From Octopus sinensis (Eukaryota), in assembly GCF_006345805.1 (NCBI RefSeq), contig NC_043001.1, forward strand, positions 16,554,001-16,618,000: 64,000 nt of DNA. Direction: 5' to 3'. Numbering within the stretch: the stretch's first letter is position 1; each line of letters opens with the position of its first letter. The position numbers and the translations under genes are program-made. Shown piece by piece: positions 38,374-52,089 of this stretch. The notes beneath the pieces are model-generated. The model searched no databases and had not been told where the DNA came from. It worked only from the letters and a program-made list of their open reading frames with translations.

Positions 38374-38927
38374 TATAATATATATATATAATTACGCACC
38401 ACGCATATGTGTGGGTAAGTGTGTATATATTGTATATATATTCATATTAATATAGTATAGAATATCGTATCCATGTATGTGTGTGCATGTATTATATATA
38501 TATCTATATATATACGTACGTGATAAGTTGTATATGCATATGCATAGATATACATAAATTAATATATTTATACTAAATTTACACACAAACACACAAACAC
38601 ACATACACCACACACACACATATATATATATATATACATACACATTCATACACTCGCAAACACACTGCTGATCCATGAAGAAGTTTGCTTAATAATCATC
38701 TGGTAACGAGTTCGTTTCCATTGTGAAATATCTTGGATGAATATCGTGTATCACACATCTTAGGAACATTCGTTCGTTCACTTATCACGCAGAATCACGC
38801 TGATTCTGAGGAATATTAGGTCAGTCATGTTGCTATACTTATCGTCGAAACCGACGGAGGATGCATTTCCAAAACCGCATACCCATACACACGCATACAC
38901 ATGCACAAACAAGCACGCATACAGCAC

Positions 38928-38989
<62 letters not shown>

Positions 38990-39704
38990 GCATGGAAACA
39001 CCGATATAGAGACAAATCACATTGCTCCCACTTATTCCAGCCATGAGAAGTAAAATACGTGGCGCAACCAGTGTTGTTTACTCTTATTTAAAGGGTACGC
39101 TTCATATTATATTTCTGTACACCATCGCTCGACAACCGGTTTTGGTGTGTTTACGTCCCGTAACTTAGCGGTTCAGCAAAATAGACTGATAGAATAAGTA
39201 CTAGGCTTAAAGAATAAAAAAAAATTCTGAGGGTTGATTTGTTCGACGAAAACCCCTCCTGAAGGCGGTGCTCCAGCATGGCCGCAGTGAAATGACTGAA
39301 ACAAATAGAATACATGAAGATATATAGACGAATACATATTCATATATATGTACATATATATATATATATTATATATAATTATATATATATTATATATATC
39401 CACATATAGATGTTATACACAAACACATATATATATACACCCACACACACCACAAACCACACCACACACACACCATATATATATAAATAAATACAAGGAT
39501 ATCCAGATGTGATGCAGTACGATCGTTTCATACGACTCCATTTAATTGAACAATGCAAATATTACATCAGTTTTTAAAATGTAGAGCAATATACATTTTA
39601 AATTCAAAAGATTCATTATATAGTTACTCCATTAACCAAAATCACAAAGAGGTAAGTAGGTAGACAAAGACGTTTCACCAACAATATCATAGGAGTAACT
39701 GATA

Positions 39705-39736
<32 letters not shown>

Positions 39737-39747
39737 TATATATATAT

Positions 39748-39918
39748 AGGCGCAGGATGGCTGGTGTGGTAAGTAGCTTGCTTACCAACCACATGGTTCC
39801 GCGTTCAGTCCCACTGCGTGGCACCTTGGCAAGTGTCTTCTACTATAGCCTCGGGCCGACCAATGCCTTGGAGTGGATTTGGTAGACGGAAACTGAAGAA
39901 GCCCGTCGTATACATGTA

Positions 39919-39973
<55 letters not shown>

Positions 39974-40180
39974 ATATTATATATGTGCGTGTAGTTTTGT
40001 GTGTCTGTGTTTGTCCCCCTAGCATTGCTTGACAACCGATGCTGGTGTGTCCCCGTCACTTAGCGGTTCGGCAAAAGATACCGATAGAATAGTACTCTGG
40101 CTTACAAAGAATAAGTCCCGGGGTCGATTTGCTCGACTAAAAGCGGTGCTCCAGCATGCTGCAGGTCAACTGACTGAAAC
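39748..40180 (+). mobile_element. SINE family B, full length (3' fragment also at 39125-39310)
   Basis: Head, CORE-like block, (TA)n and tail aaaagagtaaaagag. Confidence 0.85.
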
Positions 40181-40218
40181 AAATAAAAGAGTAAAAGAGA
40201 AATATATATATATGTATG

Positions 40219-40269
<51 letters not shown>

Positions 40270-40919
40270 AATATATATATACGTACATACGCACATCCAC
40301 ATATTTATGCTTCACGAATGAGTCTGTGTGTGAGTGTATTACAAAACAGAGAAAAAATAGCAGCACTTAAAGGGCATTAAAATCTCAACCACAGCTACAA
40401 CGATGTTCTTATAGATTATACAATGTAAACTGATCTCTCATTTAGCTAAAGACCTGTTTATAGCCACAGTAACAATTCCATGCATTTTCTCTTTGTCTCG
40501 CTAGCATTTGCATTTACTTAATGGACGCCAATTAACGACAAATGTATATCTTTCTTTTTATGGTGGTTACAAGTGCAATACAAATTAACTTAGCTGATTA
40601 AACAAAATATATTATTTACAGAATATTTGCTTTCTGGGATTAATAAATGCGCATTACTTCCTCATTAAAACTAATTAGTTAATAACGTATTTCACCCTTA
40701 TTGATCCTCATTAAAATCCTGACATTGACTGTCAAGTAGACACAACGTTCTAGGATCATTTTTCTTCAATTATTCCTCTAGTTGCTCTCGTACAGGGCAG
40801 ACACATTCACAGCTACACGTCGTAAATATATAATTAGTCCTGTTAGGAACGAGATAATAGTTGTATTAAATTCTAGCTAATCATTTTATTTATCTGACAA
40901 CACAAAGTATATTCATATA

Positions 40920-41336
40920 AGGCTGCGAGCTGGCAGAATCGTTAGCACGCCGGGCAAAATGCGTAGCCGGATTTCGTCTGCTGTTACGTTCTGAGTTCAA
41001 ATTCCGCCGAGGTCGACTTTGCCTTTCATTCTTTCGGAGTCGATTAAATAAGTACCAGTTACGCACTGGGGTCGATATAATCGACTTAATCCGTTTGTCT
41101 GTTTTTGTTTTTCCTCTCTGTGTTTAGCTCCTTGTGGATAGTAATAGAAATAGGTATGTCGTCTGTCGCTACGTTCTGAGTTCAAATTCCGCAGAGGTCG
41201 ACTTTGCCTTTCATCCTTTCGGGGTCGATTAAATAAGTACCAGTTACGCACTGGGGTCGATATAATCGACTTAATCCGTTTGTCTGTCCTTGTTTGTCCT
41301 CTCTGTGTGTAGCCCCTTGTGGACAGTAAAGAAATA
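40920..41336 (+). mobile_element. SINE family A dimer (diverged copy also at 41445-41660)
   Basis: Junction atagaaataggtatgtcgtc. Confidence 0.85.
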
Positions 41337-41742
41337 AAGTATATTCATATCAATCTGCTCTAATGCACCCCCACCACACACGAAAGCTCTTTTATATTAC
41401 CTTATGCTGCATAAGAGAGTGGTTCAATAGTTCATCTACTGAAAGCGGCGTGCTGGCAGAATTGTTAGCAAGCTCGGCACAATGCTCAGCGGCATTCCGT
41501 CTGTCTTCGTGTTCTGTGTTCAAACGCCACCGAGGTTGATTCTGTCTTTCATCTTTACGGATCGATAAAATAGGTACAATTGAACACTTGGGTCGATGTA
41601 ATCGACTGGTCCCCCTACCCCAACAATGCTGGCTTTGTGCCAAAATTTGAAACCAATAATTCGTCTTATGTGGCGTTTATTGGTATATAACTGAAATCTT
41701 TCCTAGAGACACTTTCCCTATTATGAATATATAGTTAAGTAT

Positions 41743-42080
41743 AGGCGCAGGAGTGGCTGTGTTGAACGTAGCTTACTTACCAACCACATGGTTCCGGGTT
41801 CAGTCCCACTGCGTGGCACTTTAGGCAAGTGTCTGCCACCATAGCCTCGGGCCGACCAAAGCCGGTTTCTGTGGAGTAGGTGCCCCCCCCCGCCCCAGCT
41901 GGACGGGACACCAGTCCATCGCAGCGTTACTCAAGAAATAGGAAGAGAGAGTGAGAGAAGGTTGTGGCGAAAAAGTACAACAGGGGTCGCCACCAACCCC
42001 TGCTGGAGCCTCGTGGCGCTTTTAGGTGTTTTCGCTCAATAAACACACACTACGCCCGGTCTGGGAATCGAAACCGCGAA
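41743..42080. mobile_element. Composite of a family B head (+) and family D/C fragments (-)
   Basis: ggcgcaggagtggct...gaccaaagcc, then ccagctggacgggacacc and gagagaaggttgtggcg...cccggtctgggaatcgaaacc. Confidence 0.65.
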
Positions 42081-42334
42081 ATGTAGCAGTTAGATTTTCT
42101 GCTTTCTATCCTTAACCTCATGCCCTCACCCAAGCGTCTCCCTAGTGTTGGTCACTGGTATGGATCTGTGGCCTTTGGTGGTCATTAAGACCTGCATATT
42201 CATTTTGACGTTCCCTGGCCACTGATCAGCTTACATTAACCTTTTGTGATCACTCTACCATAGTACGATATGAACGAGACTACAAGCCATGGATCTGCGT
42301 CATTTCCGAAACTCTTATTGTCACTCTTGTATTT

Positions 42335-42630
42335 CATCATCATCATCATCATCATCATCACCATCATCACCATCACCATCACCATCATCATCATCATTAT
42401 CATCATCATCGTTTAACCGCCGCTTTCCATGCTAGCATGGGTTGGACAATTTGACTGAGGACTGGCGAACCAGATGGGTGCACCAGGCCCAGTCTGATCT
42501 GGCAGTGTTTCTACAGCTGGATGCCCTTCCTAACGCCAACCACTCCGAGAGTGTGGTAGGTGCTTTTACGTGCCACTGGAACGAGGGCCAGTCAGGCGGT
42601 ACTGGCAACTGCCACGCTCAAATGGTGTTT
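42335..42630 (-). mobile_element. Retroelement 3' end with (GAT)n tail (RTE-type tail); family unassigned
   Basis: Minus strand: ggttggcgttaggaagggcatccagc...catgctagcatggaaagcgg..taaacgatgatgat. Confidence 0.6.
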
Positions 42631-43429
42631 GGACAATATGCTGGAGCACAAATGTACAGTCTGGCAATTTCAGACGGTGTCTTGGCTGAGCCTTCAGTTT
42701 TGAAGACAACCAGATAAATCACGCTTTGCTTTTAATGGAGAGATTTTCTTCCGATATATCCTGAAGAGCTTTTCGTGCTACTTAATGTAAGGGAAAGCTC
42801 TACTTCCCACCACCCCATTATAAGTAGAGATATATAATTTTTCGCTTTGCCTTTTCTCGGATTACCTCCTATAGCAAAAAAAAAATGTTGTTCGGTTTTA
42901 CAAAATTCTTCCACCTATATTTTTTCTTGTAACTCACATTCACAAATTTTGCTTGTTCACTTTGTGTAAATAAAAGGTTTGCTTTAATACTGTATTAACG
43001 GACTACAGTTATTTGATTGCGTAAGAGTCTCTGTTGTTGTTGGTGCAATAATTGTTATCTTCCAGACTACTTATTAGAATGCTTGGGATATCTTTTCCTA
43101 TTAATTGTTCATTAATTGTTCACTAAGCTGTTCAGGTTAACCTTTTTCTACACTCAATTGCTTGTTTACTTATTTTAGTATTGTGTTGTTCGGTCTTGTA
43201 ACAAATGTCATTTCCGATGTCAAAGAGTAGTGTGTGCAAATAAAATTTAAAAGTTTGTAAAACAGAGCAGTATTACATTGTCTACCCACGAGAATTGAGG
43301 GGCAGACAGCAATGCTTTTGGTAATTATAGTTCTTTACAAGAACACCGAAGAAAATTTCAGTTGGGAATGCATGATTAAATAATGGCTCTAAGAGAAAAC
43401 AAAAACATCTTCACATTACGAGAGTGAAA

Positions 43430-43584
43430 GATGATGATGATGATGATAATGATGATGATGGTGGTGATGGTGGATGATGATGATGATGGTGATGATGATG
43501 ATGTGATGTGATGTGATGATGATGATGATGATGGTGATGATGGTGGTGGTGATGATGATGATGATGATGGTGGTGGTGATGATG

Positions 43585-43616
<32 letters not shown>

Positions 43617-43644
43617 GATGGTGATGATGATGGTGATGATGATG

Positions 43645-43721
<77 letters not shown>

Positions 43722-43725
43722 GATG
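43430..43725. repeat. (GAT)/(GGT) microsatellite
   Basis: Direct reading. Confidence 0.95.
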
Positions 43726-43903
43726 AATTTAGTAAAGCAAATTTCAGTTTTTATTCCATTCGAAAAATAGTTCTAAAACAAAAACTCTGCTCCGTACACT
43801 CTCGTGGAAATATCAATCGAATAATTCACAAAAATAATTCGCCATGATACATCGCTAGCCACTACACATTCTTTATTTTCTCTCTTTGTTTCTTTCTGTG
43901 TTC

Positions 43904-43939
43904 CTTTCTGTGGAAGAGCGTAAGCTCGAAACGTTAAAG
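43904..43939 (+). ncRNA. Minimal type I hammerhead-like motif, same family as 3086
   Basis: cttt-CTGTGGA-a-GAGC gtaa GCTC-GAAAC-GTT-aaag; flanks are homologous to 3060-3200. Confidence 0.5.
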
Positions 43940-44544
43940 ACTTCTTCAATTCCCGAGCGTAAAACTAATACATCTGTTAGTTGCTTACACCACCTGTCTT
44001 CGCCTTTTTTTTTCTTTGTGAATTCTCCCCAAATAATTCATAAATGTTTCACTTCCCGCAAGATTCCATCTGAATTCGAACCAAAATCCTAAATGTTTTC
44101 CAACATTTTCGGTGCCTTAAATTACATCACTAAGTAAGGTTTGACACCGCAACAGAAGTCGACTAGGTCATTCAAATATGCGATGTCTCATCAGCAATTA
44201 TGAAAGCATCAAAACACTTAACACAAACAACTTACGGATGCTCAAGCTTATTATAAGACACAAAGATCTCACCACCCACAGAAGGCCTGTGAAGATTATT
44301 AGCACAGATTATCCACCTGAATTAAGCCATAAAACCATGGTATCATCAAATCAAGTTTGCAACTAGAATCTCAGGGTTTTAGGCAACATCACTTAGAACG
44401 ACTTATTTCAGCAACGCAATTGTAAGAATTTAAAAAATTTATTTTGATCACGGATCCTGTAAAAGAAATCTGGAAAATTTTAACCGCTAAGAATTTCTCT
44501 GACATATGATAGACAAGAAGTATATCTATCGTATTTGTACTTTT

Positions 44545-45190
44545 TTTTACCTGTTTCAGTCATTTGACTGCGGCCATGCTGGAGCACCGCCTTTAGTCGA
44601 GCAAACTGACCCCAGGACTTATTCTTTGCAAGCCTAGTACATATTCTATCGGTCTCTTTTGACGAATCGCTAAGTTACGGGGAACGTAAATGCACCACCA
44701 TCAGTTGTCAAGCGATGTTGGAAGGACAAACGCAGATACACATACATATCACACTTATATATATATACATATATACGACGGGTTTCTTTTCAGTTTCCGT
44801 CTACCAAATCCACTCACAAGGCTTTGGTCGGCCCGAGGCTATAGTAGAAGACACTTGCCGAAGGTACCACGCAGTGGAAATGAATCCGGAACCATGTGGT
44901 TGGTAAGCAAGCTACTTATTTCTTTACTGCCCACAAGGGGCTACTAATCAGAGGGGACAGACAAGGACAGACAAACGATTAAGTCGATTATATCGACCCC
45001 AGTGCGTAAATGGTCCTTAATTTATCGACCCGAAAGGATGAAAGGCAGTCGACCTCGGCGGAATTTTGAACTCAAACTTAGCGGCAGACGAAATACTCCT
45101 AACATTTCGCCCGGCGTGCTAACGTTTCTGCCAGCTCGCCGCCTTGTGGTAAGTAAGCAAGCTACTTACCACACAGCCACTCCTGCGCCT
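44545..45190 (-). mobile_element. SINE family B with nested SINE A (44919-45143) and 16-bp TSD
   Basis: gtaagcaagctactta at 44903-44918 and 45153-45168. Confidence 0.85.
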
Positions 45191-46737
45191 GTACACGCAT
45201 AAAAAGACAGTAATTTCTCATCTGCTTTTCCAGGACATTTAGGTAACATACCAAGCACTTCGATTCTCAACGAAAACCATTTATCCTTTCATTCATAACT
45301 TACTATCACATAATGCACTTTAAACATCATTACTATGGTCTTCAAGATGATTCTGACTTTTCTAATTTTGGTTCCTCCGGCACCATTAAATACTGTGTAT
45401 TCTGGGCTGACGCCGGTTCTCACTGACAGAAAAAAGACTATAAACTGTTTTGAAATAATTCGTGAAAATGATCTTGCATTAAAAGACGTTCAACAAAGAT
45501 ATTCATAAAGTTAGGTTTGAAAAGAGAACGAAGATACCTTATACTAAAATATTTCGAGGACGAAAAATAGACGCAAGCGCACATGCATGTATGTATGTAT
45601 GTATGTATGTATGTATGTATGTATGTATGTATGTATGTATGTATGTATGTATGTATGTATGTATGTATGTATATACGTATGTATGTATGTATGTATGTAT
45701 GTATGTATGTATGTATGTGTGTGAGTGTGAATGTGTGTGTGCCTATATATCTATCTCTCTATCTGCATATATACATACATATACACACGTAAACACACAG
45801 CACACAACTTAACGTTTGTATTTGAAGTCATATATAAAAGCTACTTAATATTAAATTGACGGACCACTCAAACTTTTTAGTAGAGTTCATATAATTCATT
45901 TTTACGAGGTAACGTTTGACAGTGACTTTGAACTTTCGGTTTATAAAAGTTTTGGCATGATGTTCTTTCGTAGGTGGTGTGATGACAATGAGTATTAAGT
46001 GCGGTGTTGATTGACAGAAGAAGTAATTGTGTAGGAAGATGTGTGGAAAAAGACATGCGAAAAGAATTTGCTTGTAATGTGTGGATTTAGAGAAATGAAT
46101 GGTGGGGACAGTTTTTCTGGTTTGATACTGGTTTGTTATTGCTTGAGTTCAGTCAGGTATGTAAGGCACATCCCTTTCTCTCAACCATCCTACAAATATA
46201 TACTTTTCTTATGCCCTCTCCATCCTTCTTCCTCGGTGATTATTTCTCCCGTCTGCTTAAACCGGACTTCTTATTCACATTACTCCGATCACCAAAGGAC
46301 ACCCTGTCAAAATCTCTCTTTCAATATATATATGTCGGTATGTATGTATGTATGTATATATGTCACCCCTTACAATAGGATATGACTTGTTAAGTGAAAA
46401 CCACTCTCTTATGCGCCATAGCATCGGCTCTGCCGTAGATACTCATAGTCACGAGCAGATGCAAACTCTCTCTTAGTACTCGTACTTTTAACCCAGCGGT
46501 ACATCAACGACGTGACAACTGTAGCCATAAAGCTATATAAAGGCACGCATAAATTTGATAAGTGACATGCATAAAACTGTACGCCTTGGAGTCACTTTTG
46601 TAGCTCTCCATCGATTGGAAATAATAACAATAACAAGTAAGGTTTCATGAGCATATTACGTGCATATTTCTGTATATGTGTATATGTGTATATATATATA
46701 TAATATATATATATATTATATATATAATATATATATA

Positions 46738-46793
<56 letters not shown>

Positions 46794-47329
46794 GTATATA
46801 TTACATGCATATTCATTTGTGTATACATATATATATATATATATATTTGTATAATTCAAGGACTTTTATATATAAACACAATGAGCAAAACAAGCACTGT
46901 TCCACCCTACATATAGTTTATACCGAACACAATCAGGACAATAAAAACATTGCTTATACCCAAGTCATTTGGAACTGAGCTCAGTTATGCTACAGAATCA
47001 CCCGGTTCATTCAAACAAGAGTAGGTTAACAAAATAGTCTTTGATAACCTAATAATATAGTTAGCGATAGACAAACAGTAAAGGATATATTAATATTATT
47101 TTTAAATCACGTGCAGAGGAATTTGAAAAGCGTGCCGGATTGAATGCATTGCAGTTTTTACTTAGAGTTCTTTATGTTCTAAGCTCGAATCTGTTTTGGG
47201 CCGACAATGTTTTGTATAATTTTGGGATCGATAACATAAAGTATGAGCTAAACATTGGCTTAGTTTAATCGAGTGCTCCCGCCTTCCAATTTTCTTTCCA
47301 TCTCAGGAATCAGAATCTCCAACCGCAAG

Positions 47330-47742
47330 GCGGCGAGCTGGCAGAATCGTTAGCACACCGGGCGAAATGCTTAGCCGTATTTCGTCTGCCGTTACGTTCT
47401 GGATTCAAATTCCGCCGAGGTCGACTTTGCCTTTCATCCTTTCGGGGTCGATAAATTAAGTACTAGTTACGCACTGGGGTCGATATAATCGACTTGATCC
47501 GTTTATCTGCCCTTGTTCGTCCCCTCTGTGTTTAGCTCCTTGTGGGTAGTAAAGATATATGTATTTCGTCTGCCGTTACGTTCTGAGTTCAAATACCGCT
47601 GAGGTCTTTTTTGCCTTTCATCCTTTCGGGATCGATAAATAAAGTACCAGTTGCGAACTGGGGTCGATGTAATCGACTTAATCCGTTTGTCTGTCCTTAT
47701 TTATCCCCTCTATGTTTAGCCCATTGTGGGCAATAAAGACAT
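47330..47742 (+). mobile_element. SINE family A dimer
   Basis: Head plus two body units. Confidence 0.85.
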
Positions 47743-47779
47743 AAGAAACTCCAACCGCTTGGTTGAATCCAACTAAAAT

Positions 47780-48080
47780 CAGGCCTCCATCTGTCAGTCA
47801 CAACCAGCATTTATGACTTCCAGCATCCTCGGTATGTTGCATGAATGCATGAATTGTCCATGTAATTCCTTCTTTTTCCAACTATCTGTCCTGTTATCCT
47901 TCTATCTATTCTTGAATTTCGTTACTATTTCTGTGAATTTCAGTGATCTTTTGGATATTTATGACTGCAGACTATATTCACTCCTCACTAAGTACAGCAT
48001 TTGTTTTCAAATCAAATAACGTACTACTGATAGTGTCTTCTGAGTTTAACAAACGTCTGCTATATTTTTTCTTTCTTGAT
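47780..48080 (-). pseudogene. R4/Dong-like non-LTR ORF relic
   Basis: Minus strand SWKKKELHGQF...CWL*LTDGGL resembles the WK.K.LHGQ...W.WL..G.L motif upstream of the CCHC/RLE domain. Confidence 0.55.
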
Positions 48081-48103
48081 AAGCTCGGCATGTTAATATT
48101 AGT

Positions 48104-48508
48104 TTTCTTTATTGCCCACATAGAAGGGACAAACAAGGACAGACAAAGGGATTAAGTCGATTACATCGACTCCAGTGCGCAACTGGTACTTAATCTTATC
48201 GACACTGAATGGATGAAAGGCAAAGTTGACCTCGGCGGAATTTGAACTCAGAACGTAAAGGCAGACGAAATACCTATTTCTTTATTACCCACAAGGGGCT
48301 AAACACAGAGGGGACAAACAAGGACAGACAAACGGATCAAGTATTTTACATCGACCCCCAGTGCGTAACTGGTCCTTAATTTATCGACCCCGAAAGGATG
48401 AAAGGCAAAGTCGACCTCGGCGGAATTTGAACTCAGAACGTAACGACAGACGAAATACCACACAGCATTTCGCCCGGCGTGCTAACTCTTCTGCCAGCTC
48501 GCCGCCTT
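48104..48508 (-). mobile_element. SINE family A dimer
   Basis: Junction gacgaaatacctatttctttatt on the + strand. Confidence 0.85.
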
Positions 48509-49652
48509 GCCCGTGTTGCCCTACCTATTGTAGCAAAAACCCCAGGATATTTTTTTGGTTGCGGGAACAGTTAAAATAGAAAGAGAAAAGTAGAAAGAGG
48601 GGTAACAGTTCCCAGAAGATACTGCTGTTCTGAAAGCACGATCGCTCAAAGGTCTGTAACTAGCAGATATTATCCTGCTCCCTTTCTAGCAGATTCTAAC
48701 AGGAGCCTGAATGATCCCTTTTTCTGACCATGAACAGCAGTAACAGGGAGAAAGAGAAGGAGAAGGAGAAGTAGGTGATGAACAGTAGTACCAATAGCAA
48801 GGACAAACTGGTTTACAGAAAATCCGTTTTGTCCTCGGTCTCAGAAGCTAACGATTGAAAGCCGTCTCTTCCCTCAATTAATAGTTTCCCAACTCTCTCT
48901 TCTGACTTTATGAAATAATGGAAACCGGAAATGAATGGAAAATAACCGAAAAAAGGGAGGATAAAGGTACAACAGAAAAGGAAGGGCGAGCCAGATCTAA
49001 ACATACGTAAAATGCAAGAAAGAGAATGGTGACGACAAGCTATTCAAATAACTTCCTAGACGGAGCAAACGGGTTGAGGGACAAAGGAGAAGGTAGGATA
49101 ATCGTAAGTAAAAGGATAAATAGGGCTAAAATATAGGAGACACTTAAATGATAGATATTTGACGAAAATGTCACCAAAGTGTTTTGAAAGTGTGTGGGTG
49201 GGTAACCATTGATGTTTCTGTATGTGCTTTTAAAACACTTTCTTTTATGTTATTTATGATATGTCCTTATTTTTACACAAAGATTTTGAAGTGTCTTCTT
49301 TGCATAACGTCCCTGACCCACTCCACGGTTTTGAAAATATACCTTTTTTTTTGTTCATTTTCACACGTTTTCATAGCCAGCGCTCCTTTAATATATAACG
49401 TTTCAGGTAATTTTAAGTTTGAAGGAAATTGAATGTAATTGCCCACAGGGGTAAATAAAGAAAAGATTGCTAGTATTATCGATTGTTGTTGTTGTTGCTG
49501 TCGTCACTGTTATCATTATTATTGTTCACCACTGACCTAGTTAGACGTGTTTTGCAAGACGATCTTAAAAACACTGCATTCTACCACGTACAAAAAGCAT
49601 GTAATATTAGATATTTAAAAAATTTCATTTGTATACAAATACTCTTTAAAAG

Positions 49653-49943
49653 GAAAAGTTCAAAACAAAACTACCACTGGCAAACCAAACAAAAGATGAA
49701 CAAGAAGATATTGTATTGAAAGACAAATACGTTATCAAAGAAAACAAGAAAATTAATGATATTTTCATTGGAAACGCTGCTAGTATGAACAACGCTAGCA
49801 GTTTTTTCGGCAAAGAAAACAACGTCGATCACAAAGCATTATACACAAACGAACAAACACAAACCACGCAAAACCAGAAAGTAAGAAACTATTTTCGAGC
49901 ACTTTCACCTGTGTTCGCAGACCAAGAAAGAACCTGGATATGA
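49653..49943 (+). CDS. Candidate terminal coding exon of an unidentified gene (96 codons, ends ...FRALSPVFADQERTWI*)
   Basis: Non-repetitive, stop-free, protein-like frame. An in-frame stop at 49647 precedes a possible AAG acceptor at 49652 (weak). No upstream exons were identified. Confidence 0.4.
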   Translation, partial: EKFKTKLPLANQTKDEQEDIVLKDKYVIKENKKINDIFIGNAASMNNASSFFGKENNVDHKALYTNEQTQTTQNQKVRNYFRALSPVFADQERTWI

Positions 49944-50973
49944 TCGGATTCAAGCAACAGAAAGTAATCTGGGAATACTCTCTGGAGCAGGAAAATTTCT
50001 TATCTCTCACACACACACCATGAAAATGGTGGGAATTTTCATTTGCTCCCCCCGCAAGAAAAAACAACAACTGGAAGAGAGTCTATCCGCGATGAGAAGA
50101 TAAGTATTCGCTATTTGATGCAGTAAGGACTACGGAACTCTGTCTTGAGCGTAGAACCGAAGCCACAGCATGGGGTATACACTCTGACATACATTTGTTC
50201 CACAATATTTGGCCCCCCCGAAAAAAACTGCAAAGGTGACAGTCAGGGTCAGGGGCTAAGGTAATGACCATTGGTTATCGTAATGTCGCATTATGGGCGA
50301 GGGTTCAGAGCAGAGGCAACGAGAAAGACAGTTGATCGTGGGGCCGTTAGTATGGACTTACAACCACTGAAAAATTACAGAGTTATATCGAAGTTGTGCT
50401 CAGTTGAGGGATCAGAGACGAAAGGTATCGTTTTCATGAGAGTAAGAGCCACTCGAGAGATTTTCTCCTGAAGAGCTGGTGTAGCGAAGGAGAAGGGAAG
50501 ACAGAGGAAAGCCATAGGTTTGAGTTTCCAGAACCCTATCGGCCACAGTTTCGGTATCTGTCCTCTCTTTTGTGTGGATGCCCCCAGACGATGAAGTAGG
50601 CTAGCTCAATACGTAGATATAGAGGGAGAAGCCTAAACGTCAGAAGAGTAGTAGACTAGAACAGAGTAGCGAGTAGAGTAGAGTCGAGCTGAGTAGAGGT
50701 CATCCGAACGTGCGACATAACAGTCTCATTAGCATAACTAGTCACGGCTCCGAATGTTGCTTAGGGTGACCATAAAACCCCCGTTTCTCTGGGCTCAGGA
50801 TGCAAACGACAAGGCTTTTCTATCAGAAATACCCCCTTGTTGTTACATGATGATGGGGATGATCAGCTAGAAGGACAAACTGCTGGAGAGAATTTCAAAG
50901 ATAAAAACTCCTCAACAAAGAAAATGAACTTAACGGAAAAGCGACCAAAATTTTCACGCTGCGGGGTCATGAT

Positions 50974-51554
50974 CATCATCATCATTGTTCGACCGTGGTC
51001 GAGACAATGGAATTTACCATGCTACGCCAGACTTCACGGTCCATCATGGCATTACTTCTTTTTCAGCTCTACAACAATGTCCAGCAAACTGGACTCTCCT
51101 ACCTTTCACAAGAGATGACACAGGTGGTAGTTTCCCATATATTTGCATTTTGGTTGGATGGCGCTTCCACGAGAGATTTTGAGCTCTCATAAGGAGGCGA
51201 GTGTAGGTCCCATCCAACCGCCTCTCAAGTTTCTTTGATAACGTCCAGGTTTCTGAGCCATATAGTAGAATTGGTTCGACTGTGGCTTTGAAGATTTTAA
51301 GTTTGAAGTCTCTACTTAGATTTGATGACCAGATCTTATGCATGTCATTACAGGCTGACCAGGCCATACCCTTTCTAGTTAGAAAGTCTTTTCCAGATGA
51401 TGATATGTATGACCCAAGATATTTGTAATCAGAAACCATATTTAAGTGCGCATTATTGAGAGTATGGATGATGCAATCACTGTTGGACAGGCACTTGTTT
51501 ATGTATTCAGTTTTGGCCTCATTGAGGTAAAGACCTACACAATTTGAGGCTTGT
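50974..51554 (-). mobile_element. 5'-truncated RTE-clade LINE with well-preserved post-RT ORF, internal deletion, (GAT)n tail and 7-bp TSD
   Basis: GLYLNEAKTEYI...DYKYLGSYI...ILLYGSETWTLSK...FAGHC; tcatgat at 50967-50973 and 51555-51561. Confidence 0.9.
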
Positions 51555-52089
51555 TCATGATACCAACATGATTTTTTTCATAGGGTTTTGATGGAAAGCA
51601 AATGACCAAGAGACTAAGCAGACAATGTGCAAAGAACAATATGAGAAGTCAGTCTGCAGATGTACGATCAGATTGGATCCCACTATACGTAGCACGTCAG
51701 AAACAAGTCGGTTGCGAGAGTAATCTCTAAATTTTACAATAAGCTGTACTCAAACAGCAGCCAAGACGTAACCCCTTTCTTGCACGCCCCAACAACCGAA
51801 ATGCACAGAAGCTCGCCTGGAATCAATATTATTCAGTACCTGGTTGAACTAAAATTAAAACTCATATCGTATTTTAGATATTTTATGTTTTTCTCTGATC
51901 TTTTATTTCTGTGTATTTACTTTGTTGCCACAAATTTTCACATCATTTCCTCTGAGTTACATAACAACTTCGCCCCTCACCTTATTTGTGTATCATGTTT
52001 GTCTAATACGCATGTTTTTTTAACCTCCATATATACATTGTTGTTGTATGAATGCGCCCTTCTCGTAAATACAGGTATAAAAAGAAACA

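Noticed and set aside
39510-39560. Minus-strand GAAAC-GATC-GUA with an upstream CUGAUGU
   Set aside because: Stems I and II do not pair.
45234-46137. Possible 9-nt microexon (45234-45242) and a candidate exon at 46035-46137
   Set aside because: Splice-like motifs only, with no recognisable peptide or gene context.
176-48579. Recurrent ORFs of the type MRNWYLFNRPRKDERQSRPRRNLNSER
   Set aside because: They are antisense readings of SINE family A, not a gene family.
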